Assembly: GCF_964355755.1 (NCBI RefSeq)
Contig: NC_092673.1
Span: 25,665,648-25,729,647, forward strand
From: Antedon mediterranea
Lineage: Eukaryota; Animalia; Echinodermata
Length of the DNA stretch: 64,000 bases
Direction: 5' to 3'
The notes under the pieces were generated by a model, which was not told the DNA's origin, did no database searches, and saw only the letters and a program-made list of their open reading frames with translations. Shown here piece after piece: positions 63,631 through 64,000 of this stretch; positions within the stretch are counted from its first letter, which is position 1; each line of letters opens with the position of its first letter. A program made the translations under genes and the position numbers.

Positions 63631-64000
63631 TATGCAATTATTGATTATTAATTTATTTTAAATGTATCAATATTTAATTCAGGACACTCAAGCTATTGTT
63701 TGAAATAAGAATCATTTCTTAATCACATTATCTTTTATTCCTGAAATCATTAATTCAATGTGATAGCTTCTCGTGTCAGTATTAATTGATCGTGTCCGCC
63801 TTTCTTTCCGCAGACACGGGGTCACCCGGATGTCAACGGAGGCGATCCCTCTGTCCCTGACACAAAAAATTAATTTCATTTTAATTCCTATATTACTCAT
63901 TACTCGTCTACACCAATAACATGTGGAGTATATATTAATCATAACACTACTATGAGGATGTTTTCGTAATTGTATTTAGAAAGAAAATTTGGTCTATTTG

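Overview
AT-rich, intron-containing animal genomic DNA. The GT-AG exons, tRNA/5S-derived SINEs, Academ and Rex1-like elements and frequent TAGGCCTA suggest a marine invertebrate, probably an echinoderm (inference). (1) 735-17808 (+): the last 21 coding exons (about 1441 aa, all splice phases consistent) of a large extracellular mosaic protein with beta-rich repeats, a C-type lectin domain, a discoidin (F5/8C) domain, a kringle and an Asp-box-containing C-terminal region. The 5' end is probably upstream of the window. (2) 30485-23783 (-): a complete 5-exon gene that the ORF track shows only in fragments. It encodes a 206-aa secreted, cysteine-free, predicted four-helix protein with intron phases 1-0-0-0 and exon boundaries matching vertebrate IL-11/IL-6-family cytokines. 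It has a TATA/CCAAT/CRE-like promoter and AU-rich elements in the 3' UTR. This candidate invertebrate IL-6/IL-11-like cytokine is the main finding. (3) A possible first exon of a third gene at 19230-19335 (+). (4) More than 33 kb with no recognisable host exons upstream of the cytokine, holding candidate enhancer motifs, minisatellites (one made of perfect p53-type half-sites), many MITEs and SINEs, and a decayed Academ transposon with a nested Rex1/Babar-like LINE fragment. Exon models were assembled by eye and no database searches were run.
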